From the NCBI GenBank assembly GCA_965214405.1, contig OZ243956.1, positions 960,001 through 1,024,000 on the forward strand: a DNA stretch of 64,000 nt, read 5' to 3'. The notes below the pieces were generated by a model. That model was not told the DNA's origin. It searched no databases and worked only from the letters and a program-made list of their open reading frames with translations. This DNA comes from Trueperaceae bacterium. Its GTDB lineage: Bacteria > Deinococcota > Deinococci > Deinococcales > Trueperaceae. Below, piece by piece: positions 1-8,902 of this stretch. Made by a program: the position numbers and the translations under genes. Within the stretch, counting starts at the first letter, position 1. Every line of letters starts with the position of its first letter.

Positions 1-243
1 GACGACGCGGTGAAGCTCGCCAAAGAACGGTTCGCCAAAGGCGAGATAAGCGCCGAGGAGTTTGAGCGCATCAAAGCGGGCCTCGGCGAGGACGAGGCGG
101 AGACGAGGTCCGAGGCGAGGTCCGGCCCACCCTTCGAATGGTTTAGAGATTCGGACGACGCGCTAGAGATTGCCCGCAAGCGTTTAGCCAAGGGTGAACT
201 CACGTTAGACGAGTTCGAGACGGTCAAGCGGGCGCTTAGCTAA
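1..243 (+). CDS. SHOCT-domain protein (two SHOCT motifs), 5'-truncated by the window edge
   Basis: Frame is open from base 1. Two motifs, 'AKERFAKGEISAEEFERIK' and 'ARKRLAKGELTLDEFETVK', match the SHOCT pattern. Confidence 0.8.
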   Translation, partial: DDAVKLAKERFAKGEISAEEFERIKAGLGEDEAETRSEARSGPPFEWFRDSDDALEIARKRLAKGELTLDEFETVKRALS

Positions 244-310
244 ACGCTTAGACACCGCACCGGATACCGACGTGGGAGAGTCCCGCGTCGGTGTATCCTT
301 GGAGCAGGCT

Positions 311-982
311 ATGCAAACGGTTCTCATTGTCGAAGACGAAGCGAGGCTCGCCGAAATCCTCGAGGACTACCTGCGGCGCGACGGTTTCAGGACCGAACGC
401 GCCAAGGACGGTCGGCGGGCGCTCGAGCTCTGGCGCGCGGCGACGCCCGACCTCGTCTTGCTCGATTTGATGCTCCCTCTCATAGACGGCTTCGAGGTGG
501 CGCGGCGCATCCGCGCGGAGTCGGGCGTGCCCATGATTATGCTGACGGCTCGAGACGAGGAAATCGACAAGCTCCTGGGGTTGGGCCTTGGCGCGGACGA
601 CTACGTGGTCAAGCCCTACAGCCCGCGCGAGGTCGTCGCGCGCGTCAAGGCGGTGCTGCGGCGCGCGGGCGGCGGGGTGGTCGCGCCGGAGGTCTACAGC
701 GCCGGAGCGATAACCGTGGACGTAGGCCGCTACGCGGTGCGCTGCGCCGAGCATGAGGTGACGCTCACGCCGGGCGAGGTGAGGTTGCTCGCGGCCCTAG
801 CCAGAGAGCCGGGCATGGTGAGGGGTCGCCCTGAACTGCTCGCCGCCACCGGCGACGCCGAACGCTACGCGGACGAGCGCACCGTGGACGCGCATGTGAA
901 AAACCTGCGGCGCAAACTTGGGGCGTGTGGGGACAAGCTCGAGACCGTCCGCGGCGTGGGCTACCGGCTGCGGGGCGACTGA
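311..982 (+). CDS. OmpR/BaeR-family response regulator
   Basis: Receiver domain (LIVEDE, DLVLLDLMLP, GADDYVVKP) plus winged helix (RTVDAHVKNLRRKL, TVRGVGY). GGAG precedes ATG 311. Confidence 0.95.
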   Translation: MQTVLIVEDEARLAEILEDYLRRDGFRTERAKDGRRALELWRAATPDLVLLDLMLPLIDGFEVARRIRAESGVPMIMLTARDEEIDKLLGLGLGADDYVVKPYSPREVVARVKAVLRRAGGGVVAPEVYSAGAITVDVGRYAVRCAEHEVTLTPGEVRLLAALAREPGMVRGRPELLAATGDAERYADERTVDAHVKNLRRKLGACGDKLETVRGVGYRLRGD

Positions 983-2190
983 TGCCACGACGAGGTCATG
1001 ACTGGGGTCGCCATAATTGGCACCGTCGGCATGGGGGCAGGTGGAAGCATCAGCGTAGGCGCAAGCGCTGGGGACTCAGGCGACGGTTCACGTTCACCTT
1101 TGCCTTCGTGGCCTTTGCAGCGGTGAGCATCACAACGTTTTTTACGCTGGGCGCGGTGTTCAGCGCCCAAGGCGAGCTTTTCGGCGTTCACGAACTCCCT
1201 ATGCGCGGCTTCCGCCAAGAACGGGGCGACTGGAGAGGCCCGGACGACCCAAGGTTTGCCGCCGCGGGGGCGGCCTTTAGACAGATTACCCGCACGTCTT
1301 TCCTCGCGGCGCTCCTTTCGTTCTTTTTGGCGTCGGGCGCGGCGGCCTTTGTGACGAGGCGCTTAACGCGTCCCCTGACCGCGCTAACCGACGGGGCGAG
1401 GCGCTTGGCCGCAGGCGAGCGCGGGCTCAGGCTCGAGCTGCCCTCCTCTCAAGACGAACTGCGCGTGCTGACGGAAGCGTTCAACGGGCTTACCGAGGGG
1501 CTCGAGCGCCAAGAGGCGTGGCGGCGCAACCTTGTCGCCGACATCGCCCACGATTTGCGTACTCCTTTAGCAGTGATGCGCAGCGAGCTCGAGGCGATGC
1601 AAGACGGCGTCGTGACGCTCGATCAGGCCGGACTCGCGCGGCTCCACACCGAGGTGCTGAGGCTGTCAGAGCTCGTAAATGATTTGCGCACGTTGTCGCT
1701 CGCCGAGAGCGGCGGGCTGGCTCTCAAGCTCGAGCCCACGCCGCTCAAGCCTTTATTGGAGGGGACGCTCGAGGCGTTCGCTACTCGAGCGCGCCAGGTC
1801 GGGGTCACGTTGACGCTCGAGCCCGTTCCCGACACGCTCACCGCCGACCTAGACCGCGCTCAAATAGGCCGCGTGCTCGGCAACTTGCTCGACAACGCGC
1901 TGCGCTACGCCGCGCCGGGGGCGGTCGAGGTTGGGGCGGCGCGCGCTGAGGCCGGGGTAAAGGTGTGGGTGCGCGACCACGGGCCGGGGCTGCCCCAAAA
2001 AGCTTTGGAACGCCTTTTTGAACGTTTTTATCGGGGCGACGCGGCCAGGACGCGCGAACGCGAGGGGGGCTCGGGGCTGGGGCTCACCATCGCGCGGGCC
2101 ATTGCGGAGGCGCACGGGGGGCGGCTCGAGGCTGATAACCATGAAAGCGGGGCGGTGTTCACCTTGTACCTGCCCGCGCGCACAATGTAA
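982..2190 (+). CDS. BaeS-like sensor histidine kinase (2 TM, HAMP, HisKA, HATPase)
   Basis: H-box ADIAHDLRTPL, N-box NLLDNA, G boxes DHGPG and GSGLGL. TGATG overlap with the regulator. Confidence 0.95.
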   Translation: MPRRGHDWGRHNWHRRHGGRWKHQRRRKRWGLRRRFTFTFAFVAFAAVSITTFFTLGAVFSAQGELFGVHELPMRGFRQERGDWRGPDDPRFAAAGAAFRQITRTSFLAALLSFFLASGAAAFVTRRLTRPLTALTDGARRLAAGERGLRLELPSSQDELRVLTEAFNGLTEGLERQEAWRRNLVADIAHDLRTPLAVMRSELEAMQDGVVTLDQAGLARLHTEVLRLSELVNDLRTLSLAESGGLALKLEPTPLKPLLEGTLEAFATRARQVGVTLTLEPVPDTLTADLDRAQIGRVLGNLLDNALRYAAPGAVEVGAARAEAGVKVWVRDHGPGLPQKALERLFERFYRGDAARTREREGGSGLGLTIARAIAEAHGGRLEADNHESGAVFTLYLPARTM

Positions 2191-2231
2191 GCGGTAAACT
2201 GGGGAGCACAGAACAACCTTCTGGAGGTATC

Positions 2232-3569
2232 ATGTTTAACCGCGAGCTCGAGGCGCTCCCCAAGGATAAACTTAGGAAACTTCAAGACGAGCGCCTAAGC
2301 ACCCTCGTCCGCTACGTTTACGAACGCGTACCTTTTTACAAAACGGCACTAGACGAAAAGGGTGTTAAACCGGGAGACGTCAGCAGCATTGACGACGTTC
2401 ACAAGCTGCCCTTCACCCACAAGAGCGACCTCAGAGACCATTATCCCTTTGGACTTTTCGCCGTGCCGCAGGAGAAAATCGCCCGCATCCACGCGAGCAG
2501 CGGCACGACGGGCAAGCCGACCATCGTGGGCTACACGAAAAAGGATATTGAGACCTTTGCCGAAGTCAACGCGCGCTGCCTCGCGGCGGCGGGGGCGAGG
2601 CCCGGCATGATGTTTCACAACGCCTACGGCTACGGGCTTTTTACGGGCGGGCTGGGGCTTCACTACGGCGGCGAGCGGCTGGGGCTGACGGTCGTTCCGG
2701 TCTCGGGCGGCATGACCGAGCGGCAGGTGACGCTCATTCAGGATTTGAAGCCGCAGGTTATTTCATGTACGCCATCATATGCTCAAACGCTGGCCGAAGC
2801 ATTTAGAGAAAAAGGCGTTGCACCTGAAGAAACGAGTTTGGAGTACGCCGTCTTGGGCGCTGAACCTTGGACGGACGCGATTCGTGCCGATGTTGAAGCG
2901 GGGTTGGGCGTCGAAGCGACGAACATCTACGGTTTATCAGAAATCATCGGCCCCGGCGTCTCGAACGAAGATTACCGGGAGCAGGCGGGCTCATATATTT
3001 GGGAAGACCACTTCTACCCCGAAATCGTCCATCCCGACACGGGCGAGCCCCTGCCCGAGGGCGAGGACGGCGTGCTCGTCATCACCACGCTGACCAAGGA
3101 GGCGCTGCCGCTGCTGCGCTACTGGACGGGCGACATTACTCACCTGACGCGCGAGCCGGGCGCAACGGGGCGCACCCACGCGCGCATGGGGATGATTCGC
3201 GGGCGGAGCGACGACATGTTAATTGTGCGGGGGGTGAACGTGTACCCGACGCAAATCGAGGATGTGCTTAAAGATATCGAAGACATCGCGCTTCATTATC
3301 TCCTTGTGGTGTCGCGCGAGGGCACGCTGGACACGCTCACGCTGAGGCTCGAGCTCTCCGAGCCTGCCTTTTACAAAGTAGGCCAAATAACGCTCTCAGA
3401 TGAAACCGTCGAAGCTGACCTCGTGCTCAGGAGTTTGCGCGACAGAATCCAAGGCCGCGTCAAAGACACCGTCGGCGTCAACGTCCGGGTGAGCCTCCTA
3501 GCGCCGGGGGCCGCGCCGCGGAGCGCGGGAGGCAAGCTGCGGCGCACGCTGGACGAGCGGAACCTTTAA
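2232..3569 (+). CDS. paaK: Phenylacetate-CoA ligase
   Basis: RIHASSGTTGKP, YGYGLFTGGLG, YGLSEIIGPGV and GRSDDMLIVRGVNVYP motifs; GGAGG RBS. Confidence 0.93.
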   Translation: MFNRELEALPKDKLRKLQDERLSTLVRYVYERVPFYKTALDEKGVKPGDVSSIDDVHKLPFTHKSDLRDHYPFGLFAVPQEKIARIHASSGTTGKPTIVGYTKKDIETFAEVNARCLAAAGARPGMMFHNAYGYGLFTGGLGLHYGGERLGLTVVPVSGGMTERQVTLIQDLKPQVISCTPSYAQTLAEAFREKGVAPEETSLEYAVLGAEPWTDAIRADVEAGLGVEATNIYGLSEIIGPGVSNEDYREQAGSYIWEDHFYPEIVHPDTGEPLPEGEDGVLVITTLTKEALPLLRYWTGDITHLTREPGATGRTHARMGMIRGRSDDMLIVRGVNVYPTQIEDVLKDIEDIALHYLLVVSREGTLDTLTLRLELSEPAFYKVGQITLSDETVEADLVLRSLRDRIQGRVKDTVGVNVRVSLLAPGAAPRSAGGKLRRTLDERNL

Positions 3570-3681
3570 GATGAATTATGGCCTTACCTGTTGCGGATAA
3601 AATCTTTGCAGCGATTTTCAGAGGTACTGAGTGGATTCAACGCAAGTATCATCACCCAAACTATGTCTTAAGCAGTAACTC

Positions 3682-4311
3682 ATGAACAAAGTTTCGCTCA
3701 AACCAGATGATACCTGCTATACAGCGGAAGAGTATTTGGCGCTCGAGCGCGGAGCCCCCTACAAAAGTGAGTACGTTGATGGGGAGATTTTTGCGCTTGC
3801 TGGGGCGAGCGAGCCGCACAACCTCATCGTGACGAATTGTGTTGGGGAATTGTGGGGACAACTCAAGGGCAAGCCCTGCAAACTCTACTCGAGCGACATG
3901 CGCGTCCAGCTTGCCAAATCCAGACGCTACACCTATCCCGACCTCGTCATCGTCTGCGGCAAAGCCGGGTTCACCGACGATACGCGAGATACCTTGACTA
4001 ACCCAAGCCTGATTATCGAGGTTTTATCTCCTTCCACCGAAAGCTATGACCGAGGGGAAAAGTTCGAGCATTACCGCAAGCTTGATTCTTTGCAAACTTA
4101 CGTGCTCATCTCACAGGACAAGCCACTTTTAGAAGTTTTCGAACGCCAAGCGGGCGGGCGCTGGCTGCTCAGCGAGTATGGTGGGTTGGGTGCAAGCGCG
4201 CCGCTTCCAAATATCAATTGCGAACTTCAACTGGTCGAGGTCTACGACAGGATTGATTTTGAGGAGGTCTCGAGCACCCCACCGAACGAACGCGATGAAA
4301 CCGATTCCTGA
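3682..4311 (+). CDS. Uma2 (DUF820) family PD-(D/E)XK-like endonuclease
   Basis: EYVDGEIFALAGAS, YTYPDLVIVC, IIEVLSPST and YVLISQD motifs. Confidence 0.93.
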   Translation: MNKVSLKPDDTCYTAEEYLALERGAPYKSEYVDGEIFALAGASEPHNLIVTNCVGELWGQLKGKPCKLYSSDMRVQLAKSRRYTYPDLVIVCGKAGFTDDTRDTLTNPSLIIEVLSPSTESYDRGEKFEHYRKLDSLQTYVLISQDKPLLEVFERQAGGRWLLSEYGGLGASAPLPNINCELQLVEVYDRIDFEEVSSTPPNERDETDS

Positions 4312-4717
4312 GAGCTACACCGCCACCCACACCCTCACCGTTACGGAAGGGATGACAGTGGATTTTGAACTCCTCGAGCCCGAACTCGGCAAGCTCCACC
4401 CCGTCTACGCGACGTACTGGCTCGCCAAGCACATGGAGCTCGTGAGCCGCAAAATCATCCTGCCCTTTTTAGAGCCTCATGAGGCGGGGATAGGCTTTTC
4501 TGTGGCGGTCACGCACCTCGCTTCGGCCCTGCCGGGGATGAAAGTCACGCTAAAAGGAATTCACGTGAGAACCGAGAAAAACCGCGTTTATGCCCGCTGC
4601 GAGGCGCACAGCGAACTTGGCGACAAGGTGGGCGAGGGCGAGACGACGCAGGTGATTTTGCGACGGGAGAGGCTAGAAGCGAACTTCGCCAAATTGCGCG
4701 AACGCTGGGAGGCATAA
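4295..4717 (+). CDS. Hotdog-fold thioesterase (FlK-like)
   Basis: HPVYATYWLAKHME and 'VTHLASALPG' fit fluoroacetyl-CoA-thioesterase-like proteins; lies in the paa cluster. Confidence 0.8.
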   Translation: MKPIPESYTATHTLTVTEGMTVDFELLEPELGKLHPVYATYWLAKHMELVSRKIILPFLEPHEAGIGFSVAVTHLASALPGMKVTLKGIHVRTEKNRVYARCEAHSELGDKVGEGETTQVILRRERLEANFAKLRERWEA

Positions 4718-4745
4718 TGAAGACGGCGAAAGCGAGAGGGATAGC

Positions 4746-5075
4746 ATGGTCAGGCTGATGGCGCTTTACAAGAAACCGGACGACCCGGACGCGTTTATGA
4801 AGCACTACGAAGAAGTCCACATGCCCTTGGTGAAACGGACGCCGGGCCTTAAAAAAATCGTCGTGAACCGGGTGACGGCGAACCTAACGGGCGGCCCGCC
4901 CCCCTATTTCATGATGGTCGAGATGCACTACCCCAACCAAGAAATCTTTGACGCGGCGATGAAATCGGACGAGAACCGGGCGGCGGGCGAGGATTTGATG
5001 GGTTTTGCCAAGGGACTCGTGACGCTGCTCGTGCTTGACGAGACGGACGTTTACAGCGATATGCCCTTGCGCTAG
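4746..5075 (+). CDS. EthD family protein
   Basis: LYKKPDDPDAFMKHYEEVHMPLVKRTPGL is a typical EthD N-terminus. Confidence 0.88.
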   Translation: MVRLMALYKKPDDPDAFMKHYEEVHMPLVKRTPGLKKIVVNRVTANLTGGPPPYFMMVEMHYPNQEIFDAAMKSDENRAAGEDLMGFAKGLVTLLVLDETDVYSDMPLR

Positions 5076-5147
5076 GGGTAGACGGCGGTGTTCTAGCGTC
5101 CCCTCGAGCCCCAAATGGCAAAAAGGTTGCTCGAGTATGATGAGGCT

Positions 5148-7256
5148 ATGACACAACTCACAAGTGCTTTAGAAGAATCCCGGCTGTCCATCCCCGACAA
5201 GCTACCGAGTTTCGTCATAGGCGGGTGGCAGGAGGGCGCGGGCGACGGCGCGCCCATTCTCGACGCTGTTTACGGCGAACCCGTCACGCGCCTCACCGCC
5301 GAAGGGTTCGACCTCGCGGGCGCGCTTTCCTACGCCCGCGAGGTGGGCGGACCGAACCTCCGTAAAAGGACCTTTCACGAACGCGCGGCGATGCTCAAAG
5401 ACATCGCCAAACACCTCATGGCGGTTAAAGAACGCTTTTACGAGATCTCCTTTCTCACCGGCACGACGCGGCGCGACGGGTGGGTGGACATCGAGGGGGG
5501 CGTCGGCACGCTGTTCGCGTACTCGAGCCTCGTCCGCCGCGAGTTTCCCAACGAGACCTTTTTGACCGAAGGTGAGCCTATTCCACTTTCCAAAGACGGC
5601 TCGTTCGTTGGGAGGCACCTGCTCACGCCCAAAGAGGGCGTCGCGGTCCATATCAACGCCTTTAACTTTCCCTGCTGGGGCATGTTGGAAAAACTCGCGC
5701 CCACGCTCCTGGCCGGGATGCCCGCGGTAATTAAGCCCGCGCCGCAGACGGCTTATCTAGCCGAAGCAATGTTCCGGGAGATGCTGAACACGGGGCTTTT
5801 GCCCGAGGGCGCGGTGCAGCTCGTCGCGGGGGACGCGGTGGACTTCTTCCCGCACCTTGTGGAGCAGGACGTGGTGACCTTTACAGGCTCCGCCAGCACG
5901 GGCAAACGCTTGAGGGCGCACCCGAACGTGATTGACAAGGCGGTGCCGTTTACGCTCGAGGCCGACTCACTCAACGCCTGCATCCTTGGCGAGAGCGTCG
6001 AGCCGGAGGACGAGGAGTTCACCCTCTTCATCAAGGAAGTCGCCCGAGAAATGACGTCCAAGGCGGGCCAAAAATGCACCGCGATTCGCCGCGCCATCGT
6101 GCCGCGAGGCAAAGTGGAGGCGGTGGTGGAGGCGCTGAGCAAGCGGCTCGGCGGGGTCACGCTGGGCGACCCCGCGCGCGACGACGTGCGGATGGGGCCG
6201 CTGGTGAGCATGGAGCAGCGTGAGGAGGTCGGCTCGAGCGTCGAAGCTTTGAAGCACTCGTGCAAGGTGGTGTACGACGGGGCGGGGCTCGAGCTTTTGG
6301 GCGGCAGCGCGGAAAAGGGCGGCTTCTACGCCCCGACGCTTCTCTACTGCGAGGAGCCTTTCAACGCCTCGGAACCCCACGAAGTCGAAGCCTTTGGTCC
6401 GGTCTGTACGGTTTTGCCGTATGAGGGGCTCGAGGAAGCTGCTCAACTCGCCAAACGCGGGCGCGGCTCGCTGGTGGCGTCCATCGTCACGCGCGACCCT
6501 GTGGAGGCGCGGCGGCTCGTCTTGGGCGCGGCCTCGCACCACGGGCGGATGCTCATCTTGAACCGCGACGACGCGGGAGCGTCCACGGGGCACGGCTCAC
6601 CCTTGCCGACGCTCCTCCACGGCGGGCCGGGCCGGGCGGGCGGCGGCGAGGAACTGGGCGGGGCGAGGGCCGTTAAGCACTACATGCAGCGCACCGCCGT
6701 CCAAGCCGACCCGACGACGCTCATGGCTGTTTCTAAAGAATACGTGGCGGGCGCAAGGACGACGCAGGACGCCGTGCATCCTTTCAGAAAAACCTTTGAG
6801 GACTTGACCATCGGCGAGAGTTACACCACTCACCGCCGCACCGTCACAGAAGCGGACATCGTGAATTTCGCCAACGTCAGCGGGGATTATTTCTATGCGC
6901 ATGTGGACGAAGTGGCGGCTAAAGACTCGCTCTTTGGCAAGCGCGTGGCGCACGGCTACTTCCTCGTGTCAATGGCGGCGGGACTTTTCGTGGACCCGCG
7001 GCCCGGACCTGTGCTGGCGAACTACGGCCTCGATAATCTTCGTTTTGTTCAGCCCGTCGGCATCGGTGACACGATTCAGGCCCACCTGACCGTCAAGCAA
7101 AAGATCAAAAAAGAGGCGCGTGAGGGCGAACGGGCGACGGGCGTGGTGGCCTGGGACGTGAGGCTGACCAATCAGCACGATGAGGCGGTGGCGCTCTACA
7201 CCATCCTCACCCTCGTCGCGCGTGAAGAAGACGGAGGAGGGCGTGCGGATTCCTGA
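5148..7256 (+). CDS. paaZ: Bifunctional PaaZ (aldehyde dehydrogenase plus MaoC hydratase)
   Basis: [39 protein letters not shown], then a MaoC domain ([14 protein letters not shown]). Confidence 0.95.
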   Translation: MTQLTSALEESRLSIPDKLPSFVIGGWQEGAGDGAPILDAVYGEPVTRLTAEGFDLAGALSYAREVGGPNLRKRTFHERAAMLKDIAKHLMAVKERFYEISFLTGTTRRDGWVDIEGGVGTLFAYSSLVRREFPNETFLTEGEPIPLSKDGSFVGRHLLTPKEGVAVHINAFNFPCWGMLEKLAPTLLAGMPAVIKPAPQTAYLAEAMFREMLNTGLLPEGAVQLVAGDAVDFFPHLVEQDVVTFTGSASTGKRLRAHPNVIDKAVPFTLEADSLNACILGESVEPEDEEFTLFIKEVAREMTSKAGQKCTAIRRAIVPRGKVEAVVEALSKRLGGVTLGDPARDDVRMGPLVSMEQREEVGSSVEALKHSCKVVYDGAGLELLGGSAEKGGFYAPTLLYCEEPFNASEPHEVEAFGPVCTVLPYEGLEEAAQLAKRGRGSLVASIVTRDPVEARRLVLGAASHHGRMLILNRDDAGASTGHGSPLPTLLHGGPGRAGGGEELGGARAVKHYMQRTAVQADPTTLMAVSKEYVAGARTTQDAVHPFRKTFEDLTIGESYTTHRRTVTEADIVNFANVSGDYFYAHVDEVAAKDSLFGKRVAHGYFLVSMAAGLFVDPRPGPVLANYGLDNLRFVQPVGIGDTIQAHLTVKQKIKKEAREGERATGVVAWDVRLTNQHDEAVALYTILTLVAREEDGGGRADS

Positions 7257-7270
7257 AATTTGGGGAGCGC

Positions 7271-7708
7271 GTGAGGGACATGGGTAGAGCAAGAGCGCAG
7301 TGTTTGTTAATTTGTGGCTTGAAAATCCTCATGGTCAACCAAGCGCATAATGGTCGAAATTACTGGTGCTTGCCCGGTGGCGGGATAGAAGAGGATGAAA
7401 CGCCCCAGAGAGCAGCGTTACGCGAACTCAAAGAAGAATGCGGCCTCGAGGCCCTGGCGCTTCGTCAGGTCAGCACGATTTATTACGCTGAGAATGACGC
7501 ACATCACACCTTTTTGGTGACGGAGTACAAGGGTGTAGTGAGAACCGGTCATGACCCCGAGCTGCTGGACCGCCAAATTATCCAGTCTGTCGCCTGGAAG
7601 CACGTTGACGAACTCTCGAGGCTTGACTTCGCTCTGGTCGCAGCAGGCGGCCTGACAACCAGCCGAGAAATGTTTCGTTACCTCGGCAACATGCACGGGG
7701 CGCTGTAA
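7271..7708 (+). CDS. NUDIX hydrolase
   Basis: Nudix box PGGGIEEDETPQRAALRELKEECG. Confidence 0.88.
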   Translation: MRDMGRARAQCLLICGLKILMVNQAHNGRNYWCLPGGGIEEDETPQRAALRELKEECGLEALALRQVSTIYYAENDAHHTFLVTEYKGVVRTGHDPELLDRQIIQSVAWKHVDELSRLDFALVAAGGLTTSREMFRYLGNMHGAL

Positions 7709-7711
7709 GGG

Positions 7712-8899
7712 ATGCCGCGCTCGCTCTACCTGCACATTCCCTTTTGCCCCAAAATTTGCCCCTACTGCGACTTTCACAAGATGCGGCGCGACGAGGGACT
7801 GGTGGCGGCGTATCTGAGGAGGCTCGAGCAAGAAGCCCTCACCCTTTACGAAGAGTTTCCAGACACGCTCGATACGATTTATTTAGGCGGCGGCACCCCC
7901 TCGCACCTTAGCGATGAGGAACTAGAAAAGGTCGTCGGCATCTTCCAAAAAACCTGGGGCTGGCCCGCACGCTTAGAGACGACGCTCGAGGCCGACCCCC
8001 TAACCTTTGACGCGGCGCGGCTGCAAACGTTTCATGAGTTGAGCTTTAACCGCCTTTCCATCGGCCTTCAGTCCACGCAAGACGAGGTGTTGAAGTTTTT
8101 GGGCCGAAGGCATAGCGGCGCTGAGGGCTTACAGGCGGTTGAGATGGCTTTGGAAGCAGGTTTTGAGACCTCCGCCGACCTTATCACCGCCGTGAGTGGA
8201 CAGGACGCGGCGGAAGATTTGCACGCGCTGGCGCGGACGGGCGTCCCGCACGTGAGCGTTTACAACCTGACCATCGAGCCTTACACGCCTTTCGCCAGGC
8301 GCGGCGTCGTGGTGGACGCCGACAAGGAAGCGGACGATTACGCCTTAGCCGACGCCGTGCTTTCGGGGTACGGGCTGGAGCGTTATGAGGTCTCGAGCCA
8401 CGCCAAAACAGGCCACGAATCCAAGCACAATCAGGTCTACTGGCACGGTGACTATTTTCTGGCGTTGGGACCCTCGGCGGCGGGTTTTGTGCCGGTTCAA
8501 TCCCCCCCGGCCCATAAACACCGTTCTCACTTCGTTCGGACCCTTACGAAGGGGGGAGAAAGTCTTAAGATTGGCGAGCGTCGCACGAACGGGCCTATTA
8601 AAGGCTGGCTCGAGCACACCCCACCCAACATTGTGCCCGTAGATGCGCAAGATTACGTTTTGGACGTGCTGATGACGGGATTAAGGACGAAACATGGGGT
8701 TGATTTGAAAAGATTGAAAGCGCGTTCAGGAGTGGACGTGAGGAGCGGTTATCGGGAGGTGCTCGAGCGTTTTATCAAAGAGGGATGGCTCGAGCTTACC
8801 GGAACCCGGTTGCGAGCCACGGAGGCGGGGCTATTAAGACTCAACCCCATCCTCCGCGCCTTTTTCGAGGCCGCGCCGCCCGTTACGGCCACACCATAA
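7712..8899 (+). CDS. hemW: Radical SAM heme chaperone HemW (HemN-like)
   Basis: LYLHIPFCPKICPYCDF, GGGTPS, YEVSSHA and the HNxxYW motif (HNQVYW). Confidence 0.9.
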   Translation: MPRSLYLHIPFCPKICPYCDFHKMRRDEGLVAAYLRRLEQEALTLYEEFPDTLDTIYLGGGTPSHLSDEELEKVVGIFQKTWGWPARLETTLEADPLTFDAARLQTFHELSFNRLSIGLQSTQDEVLKFLGRRHSGAEGLQAVEMALEAGFETSADLITAVSGQDAAEDLHALARTGVPHVSVYNLTIEPYTPFARRGVVVDADKEADDYALADAVLSGYGLERYEVSSHAKTGHESKHNQVYWHGDYFLALGPSAAGFVPVQSPPAHKHRSHFVRTLTKGGESLKIGERRTNGPIKGWLEHTPPNIVPVDAQDYVLDVLMTGLRTKHGVDLKRLKARSGVDVRSGYREVLERFIKEGWLELTGTRLRATEAGLLRLNPILRAFFEAAPPVTATP

Positions 8900-8902
8900 A
8901 GC

